Of a DNA stretch of 64,000 bases, positions 50,876-60,257 are shown in pieces. Below the pieces are notes generated by a model. It was not told where the DNA came from, made no database searches, and saw only the letters and a list, made by a program, of their open reading frames with translations. The stretch covers positions 186,001-250,000 of IMG/VR virus record IMGVR_UViG_3300042455_001086; one strand, given 5' to 3'. The first letter of the stretch is position 1; each line of letters opens with the position of its first letter. The position numbers and the translations under genes are program-made.

Positions 50876-51564
50876 ATAAGTTATGTTTTTTTACAAATTT
50901 AAATATAATTTTATTACTACATCCATAAATATTACCTATCTGAACATAGTTTAGTCCATTTATTAAATGGTTTTTTATTTCATCAACCACTAAATTATAA
51001 ATATTAGATTTTGGTTTATATATTTCATATTGTCTTAAATTTTTATTAATTGTGTTTATAGCACAATTAAATAAATTACTAATTTCTTTTATAGTTTTAT
51101 TTTTTATAATATGTGAACTACCCAACCACTAAAGATGGTTGGGCTTCAGGACTCGTAGACTCACCTAATGGTAACGCCTCCTCCTGTTTTTGTTTAATGT
51201 CCGATTCTATTCTATAACCAGACAATATGTTTATTCCTTGTTTCAGGATGTTTTTACCTAATATTGGATTTATATTACCACCATCAGCAAGGTTAAATAA
51301 ATCAAAATTTAATTGTCTATATTTTGAAATTTCGTCTATTTCAGCTTGTAATAAATCATCATATGATTTACATTCTTTTATTTGTCTAATTATTGGTCTT
51401 TTATTTTCATTTTTTAAATCATTAAACCAAGATGCGATAAATTGATTTGTTGGTGATTTTAAATGACCGTTTAATCTTCTTTGTAGTCCATTTTTTGTTA
51501 TACCAATATACTTTAATTCGTTAGTGTCTGGACAAAATAAACCATATAATTCAAACCTATTCAT
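50865..51564 (-). pseudogene. GIY-YIG homing endonuclease disrupted by an IS200/IS605 remnant
   Basis: N-terminal LYGL...KYIGIT...RRLNGH...AEIDEI...FNLADGG (GIY-YIG). The C-terminal tandem HTH-like part (KTIKEISNLFNC..., LNYVQIGNIYGCS...) is a separate ORF after the insertion. Confidence 0.75.
51113..51255 (-). mobile_element. tnpB: IS200/IS605 (IS1341-like) remnant: tnpB 3' end, omega-RNA-like scaffold and right end
   Basis: KNILKQGINILSG...EAQPSLVVG* resembles the TnpB tail after the NAAxNI motif. Subterminal hairpin CCCAACCA-TCTTTAG-TGGTTGGG is followed by TAGTTCAC. GC content is higher than the flanks. Confidence 0.75.
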
Positions 51565-51612
51565 TATTGATAAATATCATTTTATGATTATTTTTATTTA
51601 TATCTTGGAATT

Positions 51613-53373
51613 TTGGAAATACAAAAAAAACTGATAGAACATAAAGCCCTTGATTTATTGGACTCATATAGTGGGGCCAATAACCATATTCTATATATGA
51701 AGACCAAAAAAGAAACTAATAAAAAGTTTTATCCAACAAGAACTCAAGCCGAATATGTTGTAACTTATTTTGATACAAAACCAAAGGTTGCAAGAAAGTG
51801 GGTTGAACTGGATCCATACTTTGCAAAGAAGTTTGCACAAGAAAGATATTTGTTTGAAACGCCAGAAAAAGTCTATATTGAAAAGCTACTTGTTGAAAAA
51901 GATAAATCATATCATATCTGGGGTAAATTTTTTGAAAAAGACAGTTTGTCCGAATTTTGGGTGCCCAAGTCGTCCCTTATTAAATCACAAACGGTAGATG
52001 ATATTGTTATTGATTATTCTAAATACGAACATAGACCTCCACTATCACACCAGAAAGAAGCAATAGAAAAACTTACAAAATCTAGAAGATTTATTTTAGC
52101 TGATGACATGGGCGTCGGAAAGACATGTTCCACAATTATCGCAGCACTTGAGACCAACACAAAAAAAATTTTGGTAGTTTGTCCTGCGTCACTTAAAATA
52201 AATTGGCAACGAGAATTTAACATATATACCAATCGTAGTATTTTTATTGCTGAAGGAAAAAAATTCTCAACGGAACACGATATTGTAATTGTTAATTATG
52301 ATATTTTAAAGAACTTTTATGATATTAAAAACCCAAGTGATTCGCCAATTGGTCAAACTAACTTTGATTTAATCATATTGGATGAAGCTCATATGGTAAG
52401 TAATAGTCAAGCTGCTAGAACAAAAATAATTAATAGTTTTACAAAAAAAGCCAAATATTTGTGGTTATTAACGGGAACACCAATGACAAACAGACCAATC
52501 AACTATTATAATTTATTAAATTTGATTGAAAGTCCGGTTGCACAAAACTGGATGGCGTATGCTATTCGTTATTGTCAAGGATTTCAGTTTAGAGCTGGCA
52601 ATCGAAAAATATGGAATGTAACCGGAGCATCAAATCTGGAAGAATTAAGAGAAAGAACATCAAAACAAATTTTAAGAAGATTAAAAGAAGATGTTTTGGA
52701 TTTACCGGATAAGATTATTACACCCGTATATTTAAGAACATCATCAAAAGAATATAAAGATTTAATGGGTGAATATTATGAATGGTTAGAAAATAAAAAA
52801 GAAGAATCCTCTTCTCTTACCGTTCAGTTCTCAAAACTTATGAAAGTAAGAAAAGTAATTGCAAATGAAAAAGTAAAAGAAACAATTGAATTTGCTCAAA
52901 ATATTATAGACCAAGGAAAAAAAGTAATAATATTTACAAACTTCACAGATACACTTCAACTTATCCATAATCATTTTGGTAAAGAATCGGTATATCTTGA
53001 TGGTAGTTGTAATAAAGTCCAAAGACAATACGCTGTAGATCAATTCCAAGAAAATGAAAAAATTAAAGTGTTTGTTGGAAACTTAAAAGCCGCCGGTGTT
53101 GGACTTACATTAACTTCAGCCGAAGTTGTAATAATGAACGATTTATCATTTGTTCCCGCAGAACACGCACAAGCTGAAGATAGGGCATATCGTTACGGTC
53201 AAAAAAATAATGTATTAGTTTATTACCCAGTGTTTATTAATACAATTGAAGGTACGATATATGATATTCTAAATAAAAAGAAAAAAATTATCGGAACCGT
53301 AATGGGTGATGAGGTCCAAGATACTGGTGATGTTGTGGAAGAAATTTTGAATCTTATAAATAAAAGACCTTAA
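51613..53373 (+). CDS. SNF2-family (HARP/SMARCAL1-like) helicase
   Basis: LADDMGVGKT, VVCPASLKINW, ILDEAH, LTGTP, AAGVGLTLT, QAEDRAYRYGQ. Confidence 0.92.
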   Translation: MEIQKKLIEHKALDLLDSYSGANNHILYMKTKKETNKKFYPTRTQAEYVVTYFDTKPKVARKWVELDPYFAKKFAQERYLFETPEKVYIEKLLVEKDKSYHIWGKFFEKDSLSEFWVPKSSLIKSQTVDDIVIDYSKYEHRPPLSHQKEAIEKLTKSRRFILADDMGVGKTCSTIIAALETNTKKILVVCPASLKINWQREFNIYTNRSIFIAEGKKFSTEHDIVIVNYDILKNFYDIKNPSDSPIGQTNFDLIILDEAHMVSNSQAARTKIINSFTKKAKYLWLLTGTPMTNRPINYYNLLNLIESPVAQNWMAYAIRYCQGFQFRAGNRKIWNVTGASNLEELRERTSKQILRRLKEDVLDLPDKIITPVYLRTSSKEYKDLMGEYYEWLENKKEESSSLTVQFSKLMKVRKVIANEKVKETIEFAQNIIDQGKKVIIFTNFTDTLQLIHNHFGKESVYLDGSCNKVQRQYAVDQFQENEKIKVFVGNLKAAGVGLTLTSAEVVIMNDLSFVPAEHAQAEDRAYRYGQKNNVLVYYPVFINTIEGTIYDILNKKKKIIGTVMGDEVQDTGDVVEEILNLINKRP

Positions 53374-53404
53374 TTTCTTTTAAACTTATTGGTATTTATA
53401 AATA

Positions 53405-55504
53405 ATGAAACTTACTGTAAAACATATTGATTCTGGTCTTGACCCACAAGACAAGAAAATGTATAACGATTTTATTAAATTTATAAATTCAAAATATCCA
53501 GTCAATAAAGAACTCGAAATTTTATTTCTTGGTGAGAAAAATGGACATATGTCCACTGGGTCTCAAAATATGAACGGAGTTATTAAAGTCTTATCCAAAA
53601 ATAGATTGAACCGTGATATAATGAGAACTCTAGCACACGAATGGGTTCATGCGCATCAAAGATTTGTTTTAGGTAGAGAAAGAGGTCCGGACATTGGTGG
53701 TCAAAATGAAGATGAAGCAAATGCTTTCGCTGGACAATTAATTAAAATGTTTGAAAAAGAATATCCAGACTATAATGAACTTGTTTTTGAACATTCAAAA
53801 CCATTAATAAAAAAACTTGATCTTTTAAAAGAAGAAATTCTTAAAACAGAAAAACAAAATTTACATAAAGAATTTATTACTGAAATGAAAAAAATTGGTA
53901 TTGAAAAATTACCATATTCATATTCGGCTATGAAACAATTTGTTGATCCTAAAACAATGGACATTCATTACAACAAACATTATAAAGGTTATGTTAAAAA
54001 ATTAAACGCCGCATTATCAAACAAAAAAGGTGAAATGGAACTTGAGGATATTGTTAAGTCCATATCAAAATTTGACACAAAAGTAAGAAACAATGCTGGT
54101 GGGGCTTTTAACCATGCTTTATTTTGGAAAATGTTGTCACCAAAAAAACAAAAACCAAGCAAATCAATTTTAGAAAAAATTAAAAAAGATTTTGGAAATT
54201 TAAAAAAATTAAAAGATGAATTTAATTTAATTGCCAAAGATGGTTTTGGTTCTGGTTGGGCTTGGTTAATTCTTACAAAAAATAATAAATTAAAAATAAC
54301 TTTTACACCAAACCAAGATAATCCATTGATGGATGTTGTCAAAGGTGGTGGTTTTCCGTTACTAGGACTTGATCTTTGGGAACATGCTTATTATTTAAAA
54401 TATCAAAACAAAAGAGACGAATATATAAATAATTTTTGGAACTATATAAATTGGGATTTTGTTAATGATTTATATGAAACGAAATCAAAAAAGAAATTAA
54501 ACGAATCATTAAGAAAAATTATTGTTGAAAATGATACTATGGATTATGATTTAAAAAAGGCAATGAGTCGTGAATTACAAAAAATCAGACTTATACCCTT
54601 GGATGCCGAATCCGCATCAGAAGCAATTAAAAACATCATAACTGCCGAAACTTCAAGAGGTAATATTGATTTTAATAGAACACTTGAAGGTCTTATGTCG
54701 CTTAATTTGAGTAATGTATCAGAAAGATCAAAATATAGATTTAATAATTATTTTCAAAGATTTGTAAAAAGTAAGTCAAGAGGTCTTGATTTTGAAGGTA
54801 TGGTGGCCGGATTTTTAAATGGTGATCTAGCAACAAGTAATGTTTCACCATTCGATGTCTCAACACCAGCTGGTGATAAAATTTCTTGTAAAATCGTTAG
54901 AAGTCAAAAAGAACGAATAACACTTAAAAGTATTAAAGAAACATTGGGTCAATATTTAGCCAACTATTCTGGTTCTGAAGAAAACAAACAAGAATTGTTA
55001 AAGATGAGCCAACAACCAAATTTTCTTAGATTATTGGTAAATCACGAAAATCAAGATTTGAAAAATCAAGCCGAAGATATATTGGAATTTTTACTTACAG
55101 ACATCACCGGGTTGTTGGTTGGTATCCCAAATGAAACAAAAGTTGGAATTGATTTATATTATTATGATAAAAATAAAATTATTGATCTTGTTAAAACACC
55201 TGGGTTATTAAATGCCGGAAGATCACCAGAAGCACAAACAATATCATTATCAACAAAAATACTTAGTGGTGATAAAACTATGTCTGGATTTATTCAGTTT
55301 CCAGTTTTAACAATGGATGATTATCAATCTTTTTTAATTGGTGATGAAAAAACAAAAGAAGTTTTAAATTTATTTAATCAACTTGGAAACAAATACGGTG
55401 TTCCAAGACTTGGAGACAATTTACCACAAGACATTATTATAGGTTTATCTAAAAATGAAAGATTCAAGTTAGATCTTAAAAAATTGGTAAATCCAATAAG
55501 GTAA
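53405..55504 (+). CDS. Fusion protein: zincin HExxH domain + Fe/Mn superoxide dismutase + putative PD-(D/E)XK nuclease
   Basis: RTLAHEWVH...EDEANA; LPYSY...IHYNKH...NHALFW...FGSGWAWL...NQDNP...GLDLWEHAYY; RGLDFEGMVAGFLNG...PFDV...KISCK. Confidence 0.8.
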   Translation: MKLTVKHIDSGLDPQDKKMYNDFIKFINSKYPVNKELEILFLGEKNGHMSTGSQNMNGVIKVLSKNRLNRDIMRTLAHEWVHAHQRFVLGRERGPDIGGQNEDEANAFAGQLIKMFEKEYPDYNELVFEHSKPLIKKLDLLKEEILKTEKQNLHKEFITEMKKIGIEKLPYSYSAMKQFVDPKTMDIHYNKHYKGYVKKLNAALSNKKGEMELEDIVKSISKFDTKVRNNAGGAFNHALFWKMLSPKKQKPSKSILEKIKKDFGNLKKLKDEFNLIAKDGFGSGWAWLILTKNNKLKITFTPNQDNPLMDVVKGGGFPLLGLDLWEHAYYLKYQNKRDEYINNFWNYINWDFVNDLYETKSKKKLNESLRKIIVENDTMDYDLKKAMSRELQKIRLIPLDAESASEAIKNIITAETSRGNIDFNRTLEGLMSLNLSNVSERSKYRFNNYFQRFVKSKSRGLDFEGMVAGFLNGDLATSNVSPFDVSTPAGDKISCKIVRSQKERITLKSIKETLGQYLANYSGSEENKQELLKMSQQPNFLRLLVNHENQDLKNQAEDILEFLLTDITGLLVGIPNETKVGIDLYYYDKNKIIDLVKTPGLLNAGRSPEAQTISLSTKILSGDKTMSGFIQFPVLTMDDYQSFLIGDEKTKEVLNLFNQLGNKYGVPRLGDNLPQDIIIGLSKNERFKLDLKKLVNPIR

Positions 55505-55524
55505 TATTTATATAAAAAAGAACT

Positions 55525-56649
55525 ATGGCAATTATATCTGAACCAGGAAGGAGCGACCTTTATAAAAAAGTAAGACATTTACTTGGTGCCCCTTTAAGAA
55601 GTGTTGAATTGGAAGACGAACAAATGGATACTCTTCTTGAATTTTCAATTGACGAATATTCACAATATGTTCAAGATTGGTTAATTGAATCTCAATGGTC
55701 AGCATTAAATAATTTAAACCTTGATACACAATCTTTATCCAGAGCTTTCACAACAAGAAGTTTGGATTATGAAACAAGATATACTTACGCATACTCAAAA
55801 ATTGTTGGTCTTCAAGCCGGCGGTGATTGGGTATTGAAAAAAGATTATATTCAGTTGGTTAAAGGACAACAAATTTATGAAATTCCGGCAAATAGAGAAT
55901 TAAATGAGATGTTGTGGTTCACGCCACCAGAAATGAATAACTTACTTTTTGATCCTTGGGCATTTGGTGGTATTGCTGGTGGTGGTATTTCAGGACCAGC
56001 AGGTTATGCTCAAGTTGGTAATTTATCTGGTAGTTACTTTTTAATGCCAGCATTTGATATGTTATTGAGAATGCAAGAAATAAATATTCAAAAAAGAATT
56101 ATCGCTGGTGAATTAACATATAGAGTAACAGCATTACCAGATGGTAAGAAAGCGGTTCATTTGATGAACACACCAGGTGGTAAATTTGACTTCGGTAATT
56201 CAACATTAATGAAAGGAAAAGTTTGGTATTGGTATTATGATGTTGGTCCGGAAGATAGAGATAAATGTTTAAAGGATAATCCAGATATTATCAAATTACC
56301 ATCTGATGTTCCATTTGACAAAATGAGTTGGCACGACTTAAACAATCCGGCACAAATCTGGGTTAGAAGGTGGTTTATAGCATATTGCAAAGAAACACTT
56401 TCAAAGGTTCGTGGTAAATTTAGTGGTAATTTAAAAACACCAGATGGTGATTTACAACTGGAATGGCAAACACTAGCGACAGAAGCTAAAGATGAAAAGA
56501 CAAAATTGATAGATGAATTAATTGGTGCTGAAGGTCGATTAACTAGGTTAAAACCAGAAAAAGTAATAGAAAGAGACGCATTAATTGCCGAAAACTTAAA
56601 TAAATCCCTAAAATTTAGGGCGATGCCAAGACAAATATATGTGATATGA
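55525..56649 (+). CDS. Neck / head-tail adaptor protein (T4 gp13-like)
   Basis: LLGAPLRSVELEDEQM N-terminus and WVRRWFIAYCKETLSKVRGKFSG...PDG C-terminus. Confidence 0.8.
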   Translation: MAIISEPGRSDLYKKVRHLLGAPLRSVELEDEQMDTLLEFSIDEYSQYVQDWLIESQWSALNNLNLDTQSLSRAFTTRSLDYETRYTYAYSKIVGLQAGGDWVLKKDYIQLVKGQQIYEIPANRELNEMLWFTPPEMNNLLFDPWAFGGIAGGGISGPAGYAQVGNLSGSYFLMPAFDMLLRMQEINIQKRIIAGELTYRVTALPDGKKAVHLMNTPGGKFDFGNSTLMKGKVWYWYYDVGPEDRDKCLKDNPDIIKLPSDVPFDKMSWHDLNNPAQIWVRRWFIAYCKETLSKVRGKFSGNLKTPDGDLQLEWQTLATEAKDEKTKLIDELIGAEGRLTRLKPEKVIERDALIAENLNKSLKFRAMPRQIYVI

Positions 56650-57017
56650 TAAAGGTTGAAAATTTAACACCCAGAAAAAATGTTGTTAGATACCAAACAC
56701 AAACAGTTGTTGAACCGAAAGTGGTCATTGAAACCCCAAAGGAGGTTTGTAAAGTAATTTCTGAAACACAATATGTAACAAATGATGAAACTTTTTTAAT
56801 TGTAAAAGAAGTTGATTATTCTGAAGTTACTTTAAATTCTAATATATCTACAAAAATTACAATAAAATCATTAACAAGTGTTTTAGTTAAATCAGATGTT
56901 GGTTCTATTGACGAAGAATGGGATGAACTCCTTTTAGAAAAAGGAGCTTGTGTTCAATTCCAATTTGTTGAGGGTAACTGGTATGTTAAAGCAAGTGATG
57001 GTCTAAAGATGGGTTAG
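56646..57017 (+). CDS. Hypothetical protein (123 aa), probably structural
   Basis: ATGA overlap with the neck gene; beta-rich, ends GNWYV. Confidence 0.6.
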   Translation: MIKVENLTPRKNVVRYQTQTVVEPKVVIETPKEVCKVISETQYVTNDETFLIVKEVDYSEVTLNSNISTKITIKSLTSVLVKSDVGSIDEEWDELLLEKGACVQFQFVEGNWYVKASDGLKMG

Positions 57018-57175
57018 ATTATCTTTGATCCTTTACTCAAATTTTCTTTAGCCCATAGTGGTTGTAGATTTGTGTAATGACAAAGCTTGTAAATTTCTTC
57101 TTCGTTTTTTGCCGATGATAGTGGTATTATGTGGTCAATATGCCAACCATAAAATCCATAATTATCCCAAAACAT
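57014..57175 (-). pseudogene. C-terminal fragment of an HNH endonuclease (53 aa)
   Basis: [53 protein letters not shown]; not in the ORF track. Confidence 0.8.
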
Positions 57176-57308
57176 ACTCTCTAACTAATCTTTCAATTAA
57201 TGTTGAGACCTTGTGACCGTCATCTTTTATTTTTTGATAAAGTTTAGGATCTAAACTTATACCAAATTTTATTTTTTTATCTTCTTGGTTAATTTTTGGT
57301 CTCCCCAT
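57162..57308 (-). CDS. 48-aa ribbon-helix-helix-like protein
   Basis: [48 protein letters not shown]; TATTTAT motif 3 nt upstream. Confidence 0.6.
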   Translation of the reverse strand: MGRPKINQEDKKIKFGISLDPKLYQKIKDDGHKVSTLIERLVREYVLG

Positions 57309-57355
57309 AATATAAATATCTGTCAGTTTATTAAAGTTTCACTTTTATTAAAAAA

Positions 57356-60148
57356 TTATGAAATAAATTTTTGCATATATGGATCAACATTATCATACAT
57401 ATGATATGGTGAAATGCCAACTTTTTCCCAGAATACAACCTCATCATCCGACATTTCCATAACATCCTCTAATTTATCCTGATCTTTTTCATCAAAAGGA
57501 ACACCATTTATTAACTCACATTGGTCTTTAGTAAAAAATGGTCTATCTTCCGGATTTTTAACCAATAAACCATTTCTAACTTCCTCTTTAAAACAAACAA
57601 GTAATGGTTCCACTCTTTTATTAAATGTCGCAATTGCTCTTTGGATATTATAATCACCAGTAAGTCCTGGGTTACTTTCTAATTCTTTGGGGTCAATTCT
57701 ATAACAATTAAGTTGTATAACTGATCCCACTATATCTGGATTAACTTTTGAATTTGAGAAAAAAGTTTTTAGTTGTTCTTCATTCCACCCTTTCTTTGGT
57801 TGATTTACTTTCTGAACATCTCCGTGTGATGCTTTTGTTCCGTTATTCACATAATAAATTACATCACCAAGACTAACATTAAGGCCTTCTTTAATTACAA
57901 GTTCCATATGTGCTTGTCTTGACATTTCAGCCCCAGCTTTTGTTTTGGTTTTACTTCTTTTGATGTAATCATCAATGGTTTGTTTAATCTTTGCCTTGTT
58001 TGCAATATCCATCAAAGGAATCTTTTGGTCAAATATTTTTTGTAGATATTCGTAATACCATTCAACAAACCCTTGTCCATCACCATTAAGTAAAAGTTTA
58101 ATTCCTTTGTCCAAAAACAATTCAATATATTTTGGCATCTTTTTAGATTTAATCGAATTTCCCGTAAGTTTAACCTTACCTTTATCCGTTAATAAAGCAT
58201 AGTTCTTACGAGCAAGGTTTATACACGCTGGCCAACAGCCGTCTATATCTAAGCCCATCTTTCCACGCATACACATATCATTAAATTCCGCAACATCAGC
58301 GTCAGCACCAAGATATTCTTTACCTTCCTTTACCAACCAGTTAAGACCTTTACCAATATATTTTTTGTTTTCCATTCCTTCTGGTGTTATAAAATTAATA
58401 CCATCAGTATCTAAAATTGTTATTTGATACCCCCTTTCAGTAAAAAAATGAATCATCATTCTTAAATATTGTCTTCCAGTGGTAGTAATCATTTCACCCT
58501 TGTCCATATCACCCCAAGGAAATACTTGTGGTGCTGACAAAGCACCAAAAAGTGAATTGATAAATATTTTTACGGGTAATTGGAAATTATCATATTTTTG
58601 TGAAATTTTCTTATCTTTTGTTTTCCACTCGGCGGATAGATTCTTATACATAATACGAGTATCCCTAAAATAAGATAATAAACCTTTCATTACACCAGTT
58701 ATATCCGATTCTGGGAATACATCGTGTGTTAATTGTATTGATGGATATAGTGATGAGTAGTCAAGTTTTAATACATCCTTTGAGTATCCAGTTTTAAGTA
58801 ATCTTGACAATCCACCAACAAAGTTTCTTTTTTCTTTTTTTGCTGGAATTGCAAGACCATTCTTATACGACCAGGCAAGCATTACAAGTTTCCAGATTGT
58901 GGCGGTTCCCATCGTTGAAACCCTCTCATATGTTGTTGGAAGAAGTGATGCAAGAAGAAAAGATCCTTGGTTGAACTCTTCATCAACAAGTAAAGTTTCT
59001 TCCAAGTCATCGTCCAAGTAACGCTCCACAATATCATCACCGGTTGTTTGAATATAAATGTCAGTTCTTCTTGAACATACCTCATCTATTTTTTCATCAA
59101 TACCAACTTTCTTATATTTTCCGTTTTCAATGTTTAACCAGTATAGGTTTTTTTCCTTGTATAAAGAACCAATCTTGTCGTGGTCAATATACACACGATC
59201 ACTAGCTTCAGCATCAATAAATTTTGTGATGTATTTAAGTCCGGCTTCTTTGATTGAGGAATTAATTGCTTGAGCTCTACGAACTGAATGTATGATGTCA
59301 ATAATGTTATAACCCCACATTTGAGTTTGGGTAAAACTCTCAACTTCGTTTCCTAATTTTAATATTGATTCTTTTTGTGTGATTGATCTTTCACCGTGAA
59401 GTGACTTTGCAACTTTCTTTATATCAAGATTTAAAATCTTACATCTTTCATAAATCCAGTACCAGTCAAAGTTTGCTGAGTTATACCCAGAAATAATTGA
59501 TGGTTTTATTTCATCTATAATTTTAAAGAACTCAACAATACCTTTTCTTTCTTCGTCATCAGTTGAACACTCAATTACTTTACTATAACCCTTATTTGTT
59601 TTAATCCCAATCATAAAGATTCTCCCATCTCTAGGTTCTAGAGATGTGGTCTCAAGGTCAAATACAAGTCGCGTGATGTCGTTGTAGTCTTCAAATCCTT
59701 TGAATAATCTCTTTTCTTTTGAGACTAAGAATTGTTCTGTTGGTGTAAGCATTAAGAATTTATCTCTTACCTTTTCACCCCATGGATCAATTCCACCATC
59801 TCTAAAAAATTGTGTAAGTGCTCTATATCCTTTTAAAGATTTAACAAGGAATGTTAAACCGTTTTCTAATTGTTCATTTCCGTCTGTTCTTAATTTTTCT
59901 ATAATAATACCATACTTGGTCATCGCTTCTTTTTGTAAAGCCTTTGATCCTTGGTAAAAGTTTAACCCTCTTAAATCACCAACCCAAGCAAATGCAATTA
60001 AGCTATCTCTTACAATTGATTTTCCTTTTCCCGGTATTTCTTTGATTTTATAAATGTGGTCTTTTTGATAATCAAACTCTATTGCCACAATGTGTTCTTC
60101 TGGGTCGTTTCCTTCTAGAAACGATTTAATTTCTTCTGCTGTAATCAT
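57356..60148 (-). CDS. Family B DNA polymerase with 3'-5' exonuclease
   Basis: Exo FDLETT, GYNSANFDW, YLDDD; pol LDYSSLYPS, KIFINSLFG, LDTDG, RKNYA. Confidence 0.95.
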   Translation of the reverse strand: MITAEEIKSFLEGNDPEEHIVAIEFDYQKDHIYKIKEIPGKGKSIVRDSLIAFAWVGDLRGLNFYQGSKALQKEAMTKYGIIIEKLRTDGNEQLENGLTFLVKSLKGYRALTQFFRDGGIDPWGEKVRDKFLMLTPTEQFLVSKEKRLFKGFEDYNDITRLVFDLETTSLEPRDGRIFMIGIKTNKGYSKVIECSTDDEERKGIVEFFKIIDEIKPSIISGYNSANFDWYWIYERCKILNLDIKKVAKSLHGERSITQKESILKLGNEVESFTQTQMWGYNIIDIIHSVRRAQAINSSIKEAGLKYITKFIDAEASDRVYIDHDKIGSLYKEKNLYWLNIENGKYKKVGIDEKIDEVCSRRTDIYIQTTGDDIVERYLDDDLEETLLVDEEFNQGSFLLASLLPTTYERVSTMGTATIWKLVMLAWSYKNGLAIPAKKEKRNFVGGLSRLLKTGYSKDVLKLDYSSLYPSIQLTHDVFPESDITGVMKGLLSYFRDTRIMYKNLSAEWKTKDKKISQKYDNFQLPVKIFINSLFGALSAPQVFPWGDMDKGEMITTTGRQYLRMMIHFFTERGYQITILDTDGINFITPEGMENKKYIGKGLNWLVKEGKEYLGADADVAEFNDMCMRGKMGLDIDGCWPACINLARKNYALLTDKGKVKLTGNSIKSKKMPKYIELFLDKGIKLLLNGDGQGFVEWYYEYLQKIFDQKIPLMDIANKAKIKQTIDDYIKRSKTKTKAGAEMSRQAHMELVIKEGLNVSLGDVIYYVNNGTKASHGDVQKVNQPKKGWNEEQLKTFFSNSKVNPDIVGSVIQLNCYRIDPKELESNPGLTGDYNIQRAIATFNKRVEPLLVCFKEEVRNGLLVKNPEDRPFFTKDQCELINGVPFDEKDQDKLEDVMEMSDDEVVFWEKVGISPYHMYDNVDPYMQKFIS

Positions 60149-60208
60149 AATATATTTTTGAGTGGTTCATTTGCTGTCGTGTCAAACGACATTTACCTTA
60201 CCCCAATA

Positions 60209-60237
60209 AATATATTGGATTGGTTGTGTATTGTCAA
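60209..60237 (-). promoter_or_regulatory. Sigma70-type promoter of the DNA polymerase gene
   Basis: Minus strand TTGACA-N17-TATATT, overlapping a TATTTAT motif. Confidence 0.65.
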
Positions 60238-60257
60238 ATAAAAAATTTAATATATAT

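Noticed and set aside
51090-51112. Putative omega-RNA guide targeting another site in the window
   Set aside because: The flank is almost pure A/T and I saw no convincing second match; partial matches are expected by chance.
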